The notes beneath the pieces are model-generated. The model saw only the letters and a list, made by a program, of their open reading frames with translations. It ran no database searches and was not told the origin of the DNA. A DNA stretch of 64,000 nt from Promethearchaeota archaeon (GTDB lineage Archaea; Asgardarchaeota; Lokiarchaeia; Sigyniarchaeales; SOKP01): contig JAGXNO010000015.1 of assembly GCA_019894975.1 (NCBI GenBank), forward strand, positions 4,645-68,644, read 5' to 3'. Position numbers and translations under genes: made by a program. Below, piece after piece: positions 40,633-50,664 of this stretch (position 1 is its first letter; every line of letters starts with the position of its first letter).

Positions 40633-40649
40633 AATTTACTTTTTATTCA

Positions 40650-40750
40650 AGGGAAATGATTTTAATGCGCTTTCTGACCCAACGGATTAAAACAGTTCTA
40701 AACTGTTATTAAAATGACGAAGATCTTGAGTAGCGAGAAATCATTTCCCT
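40650..40750. repeat. 101-nt element bounded by 13-bp inverted repeats with nested internal stems (ncRNA or MITE candidate)
   Basis: AGGGAAATGATTT and AAATCATTTCCCT at the ends; inner AACAGTT/AACTGTT. Confidence 0.6.
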
Positions 40751-40844
40751 CCTTTTCCTACTATACCTTCAATAGCCAATAAACACTAAAGTTTTAATCC
40801 AAGTAAGAATAATTCCTAAATAATTATTTAGAAATCGTGTACAT

Positions 40845-43040
40845 TTGAGAATGCCTCGTAGAAAAGAAATCACGGAAATATTAAATTTAATGGAAAAAAC
40901 TCAGAACATAAGGAACATTGGATTCGTTGGACACATAGACCACGGTAAAACCACACTTTCTGATTCTCTTTTGAGTGAAGCTGGTTTTTTATCACCAGAA
41001 TTAGCAGGTGAAGCTAGAGCATTAGATTTTTTGGAAGAAGAACAGCGACGTGGAATAACAATGAAATCTGCAAATATCTCATTATATTATGAGAAATCTC
41101 TTGAGAACCAAGAACCTTTTCTTATAAATCTAGTTGATACACCAGGTCATTTGGATTTCAGTGGAAAAGTAACTCGAGCCTTACGGTTGGTTGATGGTGT
41201 AGTGGTAGTGGTTGATGCTGTAGAAGAAATAATAACACAATCTGAAACTGTAATAAGACAAGCTTTACAAGAGGGAGTTAAACCGGTTCTTTTTATTAAT
41301 AAGGTTGATCGTCTTATAAGAGAATTAAAGCTCTCAGATGAGGAAATTAAGAAAAAATATATTCGAATTATAAAATCCTTTAACACTCTCATAGATAGAT
41401 ATGCAGATTCTCCATTTAACAAAAAATGGAAAGTTTCTCCATTAGCCGGCAGTGTAGCCTTCGGATCAGCCCTTCATGGATGGGGGTTTACCCATAATAT
41501 ATTAGAAAACAGCGATGTAAAATTCAAAGATATTAGAGAGCGATATAAGAAAGAAACTTATACCAAGGAGAGTTATGCTGATTTACCCGTTTATTTACCC
41601 ATTCATAAAGCTATTCTAGAAATGATTGTAGATCATTTACCAAACCCAAAAGAAGCTCAAGAATATAGAATTGGTAAAATTTGGGATGGGGATCTAAATT
41701 CTAACTTGGGAAAAGCAATAGTGAATTGTGATCCTAATGGTCCACTAGTAATATGCCTAAGCAAGGTTCAAGCGGATAAACATGGTTTAGTCGCCACAGG
41801 AAGAATTTTTTGTGGTAATTGTAGTAAGAAAAAAGAAATCTTTCTCTTGAATGAAAGCACTTATGAAACTATACAAAGAATTGCTATTTTTATGGGGCAA
41901 CGAAGAGAACAAGTTGATAAAATCCCTGTAGGTAATATAGTAGCATTAGAGGGATTAAAACTAATACGAAGTGGTGAGACTATCATTGATAGCAATAACA
42001 TTAATGAAATGGTTCCGTTTGAAAGTGTTAAATACATAACTACACCGGTTATAACAATTTCGATTGAACCTGAATATTTAAGAGATTTGGATAAAATGAA
42101 AGAAATAGTTGAAAATATGTTAATTGAAGATCCAAATCTGAAATTCGAAATCAATGAAGAAACTGGAGAATTCTTATTGAGTGGAATGGGGCCATTACAT
42201 CTAGAAGTTACGGCTAATGATATAGGAAAGAAAGGTGTAAATGTTTCCATTTCAGAACCACGGGCAGTTTTCAAAGAATCATGTCGCCAGAAATCTTCTT
42301 TAATAGAAATTACAAGTCCTGATAATAAAAACGTATTAAAATTAAAGGTTGAGAGATTAGATAGTAAAACTGTTGGATTTTTTCAAAACAGTGATTACAG
42401 AACTATAAAACCTTTTAGTGTATTGAAAGAAGTTTTAAAAGAAAATACAGGATTAGAGGATAGTGAGATTGAAAATTTCTGGGTATGCGATGAAGATCAA
42501 AATATTATTATATTTGAGGAAAGTAATGAGTTAGAGGAATTTTATAAAAATACAATTATAGAAATAGTTGAAAAAATTAAATTAAACGGGCCTTTATGTG
42601 GCGAGAAACTTACCGAACTAAAAATAACGATTGAGGAATTGGTTATTGATACTACTCTGCAAGAAAGAGCATTCACAGAATTATCTGCAATGTTTTATGA
42701 AGCTATAAAAAGTGGATTAATTGAAGCAGAATTAATTCTTTTAGAACCTATATACCATACAATCATACAACTTCCCCCCGATCATATTAAAAACACCGTT
42801 TCACTACTCTCAAAGTATTCTGCCAAGATTAAGAGTTTAGATCAAGAAAAAGAATACCAAGCAATAATTGAAATCTTTTTGTCAGTCCGGAATTCAATTA
42901 AATTTGCTGAAGATATTCGAAGTTCGACTTCTGGAAAGGCGTTTTGGCAAAATGAATTTTATGCATTCATGGAAGTTCCAAATCACGAATCTCAAAAATT
43001 GATTCAAGATATTAAGTTTAATAAAGGATTAATTTGGTAA
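40845..43040 (+). CDS. Elongation factor 2 paralog (aEF-2p-like); likely start ATG 40851
   Basis: GHIDHGKTT, RGIT, DTPGH, NKVD, GMGPLHLE, LLEPI; the domain IV HRG diphthamide loop is absent. Confidence 0.88.
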   Translation: MRMPRRKEITEILNLMEKTQNIRNIGFVGHIDHGKTTLSDSLLSEAGFLSPELAGEARALDFLEEEQRRGITMKSANISLYYEKSLENQEPFLINLVDTPGHLDFSGKVTRALRLVDGVVVVVDAVEEIITQSETVIRQALQEGVKPVLFINKVDRLIRELKLSDEEIKKKYIRIIKSFNTLIDRYADSPFNKKWKVSPLAGSVAFGSALHGWGFTHNILENSDVKFKDIRERYKKETYTKESYADLPVYLPIHKAILEMIVDHLPNPKEAQEYRIGKIWDGDLNSNLGKAIVNCDPNGPLVICLSKVQADKHGLVATGRIFCGNCSKKKEIFLLNESTYETIQRIAIFMGQRREQVDKIPVGNIVALEGLKLIRSGETIIDSNNINEMVPFESVKYITTPVITISIEPEYLRDLDKMKEIVENMLIEDPNLKFEINEETGEFLLSGMGPLHLEVTANDIGKKGVNVSISEPRAVFKESCRQKSSLIEITSPDNKNVLKLKVERLDSKTVGFFQNSDYRTIKPFSVLKEVLKENTGLEDSEIENFWVCDEDQNIIIFEESNELEEFYKNTIIEIVEKIKLNGPLCGEKLTELKITIEELVIDTTLQERAFTELSAMFYEAIKSGLIEAELILLEPIYHTIIQLPPDHIKNTVSLLSKYSAKIKSLDQEKEYQAIIEIFLSVRNSIKFAEDIRSSTSGKAFWQNEFYAFMEVPNHESQKLIQDIKFNKGLIW

Positions 43041-43056
43041 AAAAAGAATTTCATTA

Positions 43057-43790
43057 TTATTTAAATTTTAAAATTTGATCTTTTATTTCATAATTTGGAA
43101 GGATTAAACCAGCAAAACCCTTTTCTGCTGCCAATTTTGGCATGGCATATAAAATACTTGTCTCTTCAGACTCTGAAATTGTTTTTCCTCCTAATTTTTG
43201 AATGACACCTAATCCTTCGACCCCATCTGAGCCCATGCCAGTCAAGATAATACCCATAGCCCTATTTCTGTAAATTTTTGCTGCAGAATAAAATAATGTG
43301 TCTATTGAAGGCATACAATAATTAACTGGAGTACCTTTATAGATTTTTATACATGGTTTATTGTCTTTTACACTGATTTCCATATGGTTTTCACCAGGGG
43401 CAATATAAACTACTCCAGGTTGAATAAATTCCCCATTAGATGCAACTTTAATTTTTAAACTACATTCTAAGTTTAAATTATCAGAAAAAGCACTCATAAA
43501 TTGCGCTGAAAGATGCTGAACTACTAAAATCGGTGCAAGGAAGTTCTTAGGTAGTTCTTTTAGTATAGTAGTTATCGTTCTAGGTCCACCTACACTAGCA
43601 CCAATCACAATAATATTTGAGGTTAAAGAAACTCCTTTGATGGGAGTAAGATTTGGAGTATATGTTGATTTCTTATTTTTTTGAATAGTCAGCTGAGGTT
43701 TTTGAGATAGAGATTCATTAATTTTAGCAGATCTCCTACCACTTGATTTTGCTGTAGGTTTTACATCTAATTTTCCAATATTAGTGCGTA
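43057..43790 (-). pseudogene. cheB: CheB methylesterase domain plus linker, receiver domain missing
   Basis: IGASVGGP, VVQH, PSIDTLF.SAA, LTGMGSDG. The frame stays open upstream through a linker to about 43790 and is then blocked by a stop. Confidence 0.8.
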
Positions 43791-44506
43791 GGTTTTAATA
43801 CGGAAATAACAATGTTTTCAATTTCTAAAATCTCGTCTAGAACATGAGAAATATCAGGTTTATTTCTTTGGCTGATATAAAAGATTTCAAAATCATTTTT
43901 TAGAATTGCTTTTTCTAAAGATTCTGGTGCCGGATCAGTCCAGCAGATTCGACCATTTTCATTCAAAGCTCGAAAAATTATATATAATCTTACTTTTTTA
44001 AATACACAAGTTTCTTCTAAGCGGATGTAAATTTTATAGGGCTTTTCTTGCTTATCGCCTAATATCTTTGTTATTTCACTTGTTGAAATTGGCTGAATAA
44101 AAGTTATATCATATTCTACCTCAAAAGTATCGAAACTTCCCTTTATGTCATCAACAAATTTATTGTCAATGTCAGTCATATCACCTTTTTTTACTTTTTT
44201 TATGACATTTCGAAGTACATCCAAGCTCTCAAAGAGCATATCAATAAAATTTGTACGTTTTTTTGCTGATACTTTTTTATCTTTTGTATTATCCAAAAAG
44301 GTTTCAAAGTGATGACAAAATTTTGAAAGGTTTTCAAATCCTGCCATTGCTGTAAGACCCTTTAACGTATGAAAAGTAAAAAAAAGTTCCTTAATTGGTT
44401 TAGGATTTTCTGGATTTTCTTCTAAATTTAGAATTGCATCCTCAGTCTTTTGAATAAGATCTTCTGCTTCACTTATAAAAAGCTTAATATCCTCGTTAGT
44501 TGCCAC
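43781..44506 (-). pseudogene. cheA: CheA N-terminal fragment (Hpt and P2 only)
   Basis: FISEAEDL..LFFTFHTLKG..CHHFE and a P2 domain; stops with no kinase or CheW domain. Confidence 0.8.
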
Positions 44507-44532
44507 CTAATCACCCTTTTATTTATTATATA

Positions 44533-44928
44533 TTATTCTTTAGCTGTTTTCTTATTTTTTAGTATCCGATCCATTACTTCAAGTATTTGCTCACTCTTGA
44601 AAGGTTTTTGAATGAAATCTTTTGCACCCTTCTTAGCTGCTTCAAGAACTAAAGCTTCTTGTCCTAATGCGGATACAACGACGATTAATGCACCTGGATT
44701 AATTTTTAAGATCTCTTCAGTTGCTTCAATACCACCTTTTTCGGGCATTACTAAATCCATAGTAACCAAATCAGGATTTAATTTTTTGTATAAGGATATT
44801 GCCTCAACACCATTAGCAGCTTCGCCTACTACTTCGATTGATTCGATTTTGCTAATAATTGCTTTGAGCATATTCCTTGTGAAGGCTGCATCGTCAACAA
44901 TCATAACCCTTTTTTTTTCGTTTGTCAT
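44533..44928 (-). CDS. cheY: Chemotaxis response regulator CheY
   Basis: IVDDAAF.R, PDLVTMDLVMP, SALGQ, GAKDFIQKPF. Confidence 0.92.
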   Translation of the reverse strand: MTNEKKRVMIVDDAAFTRNMLKAIISKIESIEVVGEAANGVEAISLYKKLNPDLVTMDLVMPEKGGIEATEEILKINPGALIVVVSALGQEALVLEAAKKGAKDFIQKPFKSEQILEVMDRILKNKKTAKE

Positions 44929-44956
44929 TTAATCAACTCCATTTTTTATTTCAAAT

Positions 44957-45505
44957 TTAAATTTCTTTCAAAGACGATAAACCCTGTTGGACTTTAAATT
45001 CCTCAACTTCAATAAGAATCCTGCCTAAATCAAGCATAATTCTCGGTCTTTCTTTGAAGTTTATAACTCCCTTTATATAGTTCATAGCTACACTGGTTTG
45101 AAAAATCGGACTTAATTCTGTAATTTCATTGACCCCAATGTGATCTATATTTATAATGCGATCTACATAAAATCCTACAAGGTTATTGTCTACTTTTAAA
45201 ATAATTATGTATTTCTTGGTATTACTGTAATTTTCTTCTTCTTCTTCCTTAGAGGATTTTTTGGAACGATACAACATATATTCATTTAGTTGTAATTTCT
45301 TTTTCAGATTGACTATATGTATGATTTCTCCTCTATAATTATAAATCCCATCTATGTACTCTAAGCTTTTTGGTAATTTCCTTATTTGGCCTGCTTGTAT
45401 AATTTCTTTTACATCAACAAGGTTAATTACAAATTGCTCCCATCCAATCTGAAAAATTAGGATGGAGACTTGGTCTATATTTTTATATTCCTGGTCTTGA
45501 ATCAT
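44957..45505 (-). CDS. cheW: Chemotaxis protein CheW
   Basis: F.IG.EQF.I..VKEII, LP....IDGIYNYRGEII.IVNL, VGFYVD, LDL. Confidence 0.88.
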   Translation of the reverse strand: MIQDQEYKNIDQVSILIFQIGWEQFVINLVDVKEIIQAGQIRKLPKSLEYIDGIYNYRGEIIHIVNLKKKLQLNEYMLYRSKKSSKEEEEENYSNTKKYIIILKVDNNLVGFYVDRIINIDHIGVNEITELSPIFQTSVAMNYIKGVINFKERPRIMLDLGRILIEVEEFKVQQGLSSLKEI

Positions 45506-45523
45506 TTTCTTTATACCTCTTTT

Positions 45524-46333
45524 TTATATTATAAAATATTGATTAATTTTTTCTTCAAAAGTGTTGAATGGGGTTATATCCCCGTTAAATTCTTTTAAAA
45601 GATTCTTAAATTGGTAGAGAAACTCGTCAGCAACTAAATACATGTATCTTTGAAGTAATGAGGTCATTGTTTCTACTAGAAAAGCAAAGATCACATCATT
45701 TTTAGTTATTACATAGAATTGTTGATTCCCAAAGTTAATTTCTTTTAGTTTGGCTCCTGTTTCCTCTCCAATAATTGTGTTTGAAAATGATAATAGAGCT
45801 GAAATGAAACCACCGATGTGGACTTCATGATCTGCAATTTCAGATCTATCCTTATTAATTTTGGATATATATGGACTTCCTGCTGCACCTATAATAAAGA
45901 TAGCTATAATACCATCTGTTTTAGGGATTTTCACTGCTGTATCAAAATCGTCGATTATATTTAAGACGGGTTCGTTTACCTGGAATTTCCGGTTAATTTT
46001 TTTCGATAAGAAATATAATTTTGAGAAATTTACCGAACTATTTTTTTCTTCCATATAAATTATAACTAATATATCCTGATTGTGATTGAAATAGTGAATG
46101 AAAAGATTAAACTTCTCTAAGGGAATTATTGAGCTTCCCTGTTTTTTATGAATTATCTCCTTTTTATATAATTCGATAACATTTTGAATGAGTGGTACAC
46201 CTATACCTTTCTGGAATAAAACATCAAATCTTCCTTTTGTATCAATTTGTGAAATCTTAACCAATCCAATACCTAATATTTCCATTACTAGCGGATTTTC
46301 TCTAAAGTTTTGATGGTTTTCCATGATTATCAT
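45524..46333 (-). CDS. Asgard-type protein with longin/roadblock-like C-terminal domain
   Basis: IFII...G.PY...IGGFISALLSFS...LKEI.F...F...F...FNGDITPF..FE pattern. Confidence 0.7.
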   Translation of the reverse strand: MIIMENHQNFRENPLVMEILGIGLVKISQIDTKGRFDVLFQKGIGVPLIQNVIELYKKEIIHKKQGSSIIPLEKFNLFIHYFNHNQDILVIIYMEEKNSSVNFSKLYFLSKKINRKFQVNEPVLNIIDDFDTAVKIPKTDGIIAIFIIGAAGSPYISKINKDRSEIADHEVHIGGFISALLSFSNTIIGEETGAKLKEINFGNQQFYVITKNDVIFAFLVETMTSLLQRYMYLVADEFLYQFKNLLKEFNGDITPFNTFEEKINQYFII

Positions 46334-46388
46334 TAACTTCGTGCCTTATATTGTTTAGATTATTTATTATTTTCACATTTGAGTGGGA

Positions 46389-46598
46389 CTAAGATTCTAA
46401 TAATTTATTTTTCAAGTTTTTTGCTAATTCTCCTAATTTAATTGCCGTAGTTGTAATCTCTTCCATAGGTGTGGTTTGTTTTTCTGTAATATAATGATTC
46501 CAAAGGCTATTTATATTAAATGTAATAATTACTAAGAAGAAATAAGATGAACTTATAAGATCCTTTGTTCCTATAACAACCCCTCTTCCAATAAACAT
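46389..46598 (-). pseudogene. Probable methyl-accepting chemotaxis protein remnant
   Basis: C-terminal EKQTTPMEEITTTAIKLGELAKNLK resembles the MCP terminal methylation helix, fused to a short hydrophobic stretch, at the head of the che operon. Confidence 0.55.
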
Positions 46599-46934
46599 CT
46601 TCTTTAACCCTTAAATGGTGATTCATTTAGTGTATGTAATTATTTTTTGTGGTAAAATTATTGTAATAATTGTATTTATTGTGCTTCTTTTTTTATGAAA
46701 CTAAAGATTTTATATAAGAATTTCTATTTAAATATTTGTTGTTGTAAAATGTTTTGTACTTATGGTAAATAAAAATTATATTTAAGCATTTGAATAACTT
46801 GTCTAAAAGCTAAATGTTAATCTTGGAAACAAAAGTTTAAATAACACAAAAAAACTATTTATGTAAGAATTTTTGAGTACAAAAACTGTTATTTTATTAA
46901 CATTTGGATTTTTTGATCGGAATGTGAAAGAAGA

Positions 46935-47603
46935 TTGACATTAACCAATTCAAGCAACAATAAAAATGGGGATTTTTTTGAAGAAGTATTAATAAAGTGC
47001 CCAAATTGCAAAGCTAGTCGTAAACTAAGAGTTCCGATAAAAATAATCAACCAAAGTAAACAGTTGACTACTATTTCAATACCTTCAGGATTTAACTGTG
47101 ATCATTCATTTCAAGCCTTTGTAGATAAAAATTTCATTGTTCGAGGTTATCAAACAGTAGATTTTGAGTTTTCTCATTTAGAACTATATGAAAGCAGTGT
47201 CAATGTCTTAGTAGGTGAGGAAGACAAAAAGTCAGAAAGTAAAGACTTCACATCAATGCCACTTTTTCAAAATATCATCCAAGTTCTAAGAGACTGTGTT
47301 GATGATAAAGAGATAATAGGAAGTGGTATCTTCAGTGAAGAAGGGAAAGTATTATATTCATCATTACCTCAAACAACATTATTTAACACTATGAAGGAAT
47401 TTGAAGTTAGAAATGAGAGAAATTTAGTGAGTGTTAAAAAAATGTACTTAGAGTTAGAGAATAGTGAGAAGTTTATTTCTAAATTCATGGCTATTGATGG
47501 AATAAAGTTCAATCTAGTGTTAATATTTTCATTTAGAGTCAAGTTTGGAATGGGTAACTTACATCTCAGAGATATATTGAGAAAAGTGGAGAAACTGGAA
47601 TAG
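46935..47603 (+). CDS. Zn-ribbon plus roadblock-like domain protein
   Basis: CPNC...CDHSFQAFVDKNF.VRGY; C-terminal I.GSGIF...G.VLYS...KFGMGNL. Confidence 0.7.
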   Translation: MTLTNSSNNKNGDFFEEVLIKCPNCKASRKLRVPIKIINQSKQLTTISIPSGFNCDHSFQAFVDKNFIVRGYQTVDFEFSHLELYESSVNVLVGEEDKKSESKDFTSMPLFQNIIQVLRDCVDDKEIIGSGIFSEEGKVLYSSLPQTTLFNTMKEFEVRNERNLVSVKKMYLELENSEKFISKFMAIDGIKFNLVLIFSFRVKFGMGNLHLRDILRKVEKLE

Positions 47604-47885
47604 AAATAACACAAATATCTACTTTTCGTCTCATCTTTGGTATAAACTAGTGAAATTGTGCATTAATCCTTTTATCTTAAGAAAAAATCTACGTCTTCAT
47701 TCCTAATTTAATATCTCAAAAATATGAATGGATTATAATTTTTCCCACAAATTTGATTTCAAAATAGATTATCTGATATTTTTGTATACAAACGCATTAC
47801 TGGTAAAATAAAAACGAAAAGATTTAATAATTAAAATATAATTATAATTCAAAAAGTGATTTAACAAACATATTAGTCGTGAATT

Positions 47886-48143
47886 GTGTTGTCTATGACG
47901 GATGATAAGATTGATAGAAAAATACATCTTGTAAGGGATATCTTAAAAAACATTTATGAGATTTTGGAAATATTTAAACCTTTACTTGAAGTAATGTTAG
48001 AAATGGAAGAAGCCGAACGATATAAAAAAAATGGTGCTTTTGAAAAAGCAGCTGCGCTATTCGGTGAAATTTCTCTCTTATGTAAAGAAATTGAAAAGGA
48101 TGCACCCTCACTAGACCTCTTCCTAGATAATTTAGGAAATTAG
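47886..48143 (+). CDS. Small helical hypothetical protein
   Basis: 85-aa ORF. Confidence 0.6.
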   Translation: MLSMTDDKIDRKIHLVRDILKNIYEILEIFKPLLEVMLEMEEAERYKKNGAFEKAAALFGEISLLCKEIEKDAPSLDLFLDNLGN

Positions 48144-48172
48144 GTTATGGGGAATAATTAATTGTTAGCAAA

Positions 48173-48243
48173 TGCGCCCGCCGGGAATTGAACCCGGGAC
48201 GCTGACTTGGGAAGCCAGCATATTACCACTATACTACGAGCGC
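48173..48243 (-). tRNA. tRNA-Gly(CCC)
   Basis: GCGCUCG/CGGGCGC-A acceptor; anticodon loop UUCCCAA; T arm CCGGG-UUCAAUU-CCCGG; no encoded CCA. Confidence 0.95.
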
Positions 48244-48670
48244 TTGAATTATAAAAAAAGAATATTTTATAATAATTAGGGCTAGTAATTAAATCTTTTT
48301 GAATTTTAAGAACCTTTTATCTGCTATCATTTGACATCTATAAATATCTATGGAAACCTACATTAAACAACTATAAAAACAACTCCCAAATTTTTCCCAC
48401 TATAAAAAAACTTAAAAAAATGTCAATTTGGACTCTTTTTAATTTAATTACGTTTCAAATAATAGAACAAATGCGAATTTCCTCAATATTAAAACGAATA
48501 ATACTATTACAATTATAGGAGTGTTATAAGAAAACAATTGTTTTAAATTTCTTTCAAAATCTTATACAATAGATTTTAAATTCCTCCATCTAAAATAATC
48601 AAAGATCCGAATAATAATTGTCAGTCCGCGACATTTAGAATATATCCTCTTCTATAAAAAATGTGATTCC

Positions 48671-49822
48671 ATGCCACGTGAAGCAAATAGCAAATCAAAT
48701 GACATAGAAAATAAATCAATGGAATCATCAACCATGTATAAATTGATTTCTGAAAATGCACGCGATTTAATCTTGATAGCTAGTGAAGATCTGATCATCG
48801 AATATGTAAATAAAAAATCCTTATATAAACTAGGAGGTTATTCCGTTGATGAAGTTCTTGGAAAAAGAGCTCTAAATTTTATACATATAGATGATGCGAA
48901 GAATGCATTAATAAAATTCTATAAAGCTTTTAATACAGAAGGTCGTGGAACAATAGAAGCAAGAATAAAACACAAAGATGGTCATTTTGTACATGTGGAA
49001 ATCAATGGGAGCCTATTTCATAATGAAAAAGGTGTATCAAAAGCCCTCTTAATCACTAGAGATATTACAGATCGGAAAAATGCTGAAAAGGATATTCTTG
49101 AAGAAAATAAGAAACTACTAGAGCTTAGTCAGATTAAAAATGAATTGATTGCAACAACTTCACATGAACTTAAGACACCATTGAATTCTATATATGCGGC
49201 CTCACAGTTTCTTCTAAGCAATTTAAAGGATCAAATTGGAGAAGATGCTTTAAAATTTGTAGAAATGATTCATAGAGGAGGACAAAAATTAAAGTTATTA
49301 ATCGAAAATCTACTCGATACGTCTAAAATTGAATCTGAGAATATAAGTTTACATTTGCAACGAGAAAATATTTTAGAATTAACAACTAATTGTATTAACG
49401 ATATAAAATATTGGGCTGATAAACGAAATATTAATATTGTTGTCGATCATCCAAAGCAAATGCATGTGTTGGTGGATCGAATCAAAATTGAACAAGTTAT
49501 AACAAATCTTCTTTCTAATGCAATTAAATTTACTCTTCCTAAAGGTGAAATTCATGTAAGAATCTATGAAGAAGATCATTGGGTAAATATCTCTGTAAAA
49601 GATGATGGCATTGGTTTGACCAAGAAAGAAATTAAAAATCTATTTAAAAAATTTGGTAAAATTGACCATTTTGGAAATGGTTTCGATGTAGAAAGTGATG
49701 GGACAGGTCTTGGTTTATTCATTTCAAAAGAAATTGTAGTGCTCCACAGTGGAGAAATATTGGTAGAATCTAAAGGGAGAAATAAGGGATCTAATTTCAC
49801 TATCAGATTACCAATACTATAA
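48671..49822 (+). CDS. PAS-domain sensor histidine kinase
   Basis: PAS/PAC (FIHIDD, RDITDRK), SHELKTPL, NLLSNAIKFT, DDGIG, GTGLGL. Confidence 0.93.
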   Translation: MPREANSKSNDIENKSMESSTMYKLISENARDLILIASEDLIIEYVNKKSLYKLGGYSVDEVLGKRALNFIHIDDAKNALIKFYKAFNTEGRGTIEARIKHKDGHFVHVEINGSLFHNEKGVSKALLITRDITDRKNAEKDILEENKKLLELSQIKNELIATTSHELKTPLNSIYAASQFLLSNLKDQIGEDALKFVEMIHRGGQKLKLLIENLLDTSKIESENISLHLQRENILELTTNCINDIKYWADKRNINIVVDHPKQMHVLVDRIKIEQVITNLLSNAIKFTLPKGEIHVRIYEEDHWVNISVKDDGIGLTKKEIKNLFKKFGKIDHFGNGFDVESDGTGLGLFISKEIVVLHSGEILVESKGRNKGSNFTIRLPIL

Positions 49823-50016
49823 CAAGCATAGATTATGATTTCATTAAGTTAGAATTTTAAATATTAATTCCTTTTTAATTATATAATCGCGAATAGTAAG
49901 CAATTTTATAAATCTCAAATTTTATTATTCGAGTCTTAGATGAATAACTATTGTGAATTATAATAAGAATATCAACAGAAAATACTAAGAGACTTCAATA
50001 TTCCATTCCATTTGGA

Positions 50017-50616
50017 GTGTATGGATTATTGTCAATTGCATTTGGAATTATCGGGGATGTTTTAGCTTATATTTTTTTCCCAAACTTTAATATCTTAAGG
50101 AGAGCGGTAAGTTCATTATGCAAAGGAAAGGGTGGTCTATTTTTTCAAATAGGATCAGTAATTTCAGGGATTTTTGCTATACCTTTTGTTGTATACTTAA
50201 ACAAATCATTCAATAAGGAATATGTGAAAGAGGATCTTAAAAGGAAAGCCTTAATAACAGCACTCATTTCTTGTTCTTGTTTAATAATATTAGGGGCTTT
50301 TTGTGGATCTAATCCTATAGTTGCGGTAATACATGGAGTGTCCGCGGTAATAAGTTGGTTATTTGGATTATTTTATATTACTTTCTTTAACATTTTTATG
50401 TTAAGAGATCCCAAGTATTCCAGATCTCTTTCAATCATTGGATTTTGCGCTACTTTTTCTTTGTCTTTACTGATGATTCTTTTTTTCTTAGCATTTATTC
50501 CATCAATACGATTTTTAGTCATCATACTACCTTCTATTGAATGGATAAATACTATCATAATAATATTGTGGTATCTTATCATTTCACTTTATACCCTCAA
50601 GAACAGGATATCATAA
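50017..50616 (+). CDS. DUF998-like membrane protein, paralog 1
   Basis: VSSL, IHG.SA..SW, EW motifs; 5 TM; start uncertain. Confidence 0.7.
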   Translation: MYGLLSIAFGIIGDVLAYIFFPNFNILRRAVSSLCKGKGGLFFQIGSVISGIFAIPFVVYLNKSFNKEYVKEDLKRKALITALISCSCLIILGAFCGSNPIVAVIHGVSAVISWLFGLFYITFFNIFMLRDPKYSRSLSIIGFCATFSLSLLMILFFLAFIPSIRFLVIILPSIEWINTIIIILWYLIISLYTLKNRIS

Positions 50617-50664
50617 AGTAAAATCATAAATTATTTTTAAAGTGTAATTAGTAAGGTAATTATT

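Noticed and set aside
40650-40750. SECIS element
   Set aside because: The flanking genes (purN and the EF-2 paralog) have no in-frame UGA, and the AUGA lies within a perfect Watson-Crick stem rather than a GA quartet.
48173-49822. Integrated element at tRNA-Gly or tRNA-Gln
   Set aside because: No integrase, no duplicated tRNA 3' end and no phage or plasmid genes were seen.
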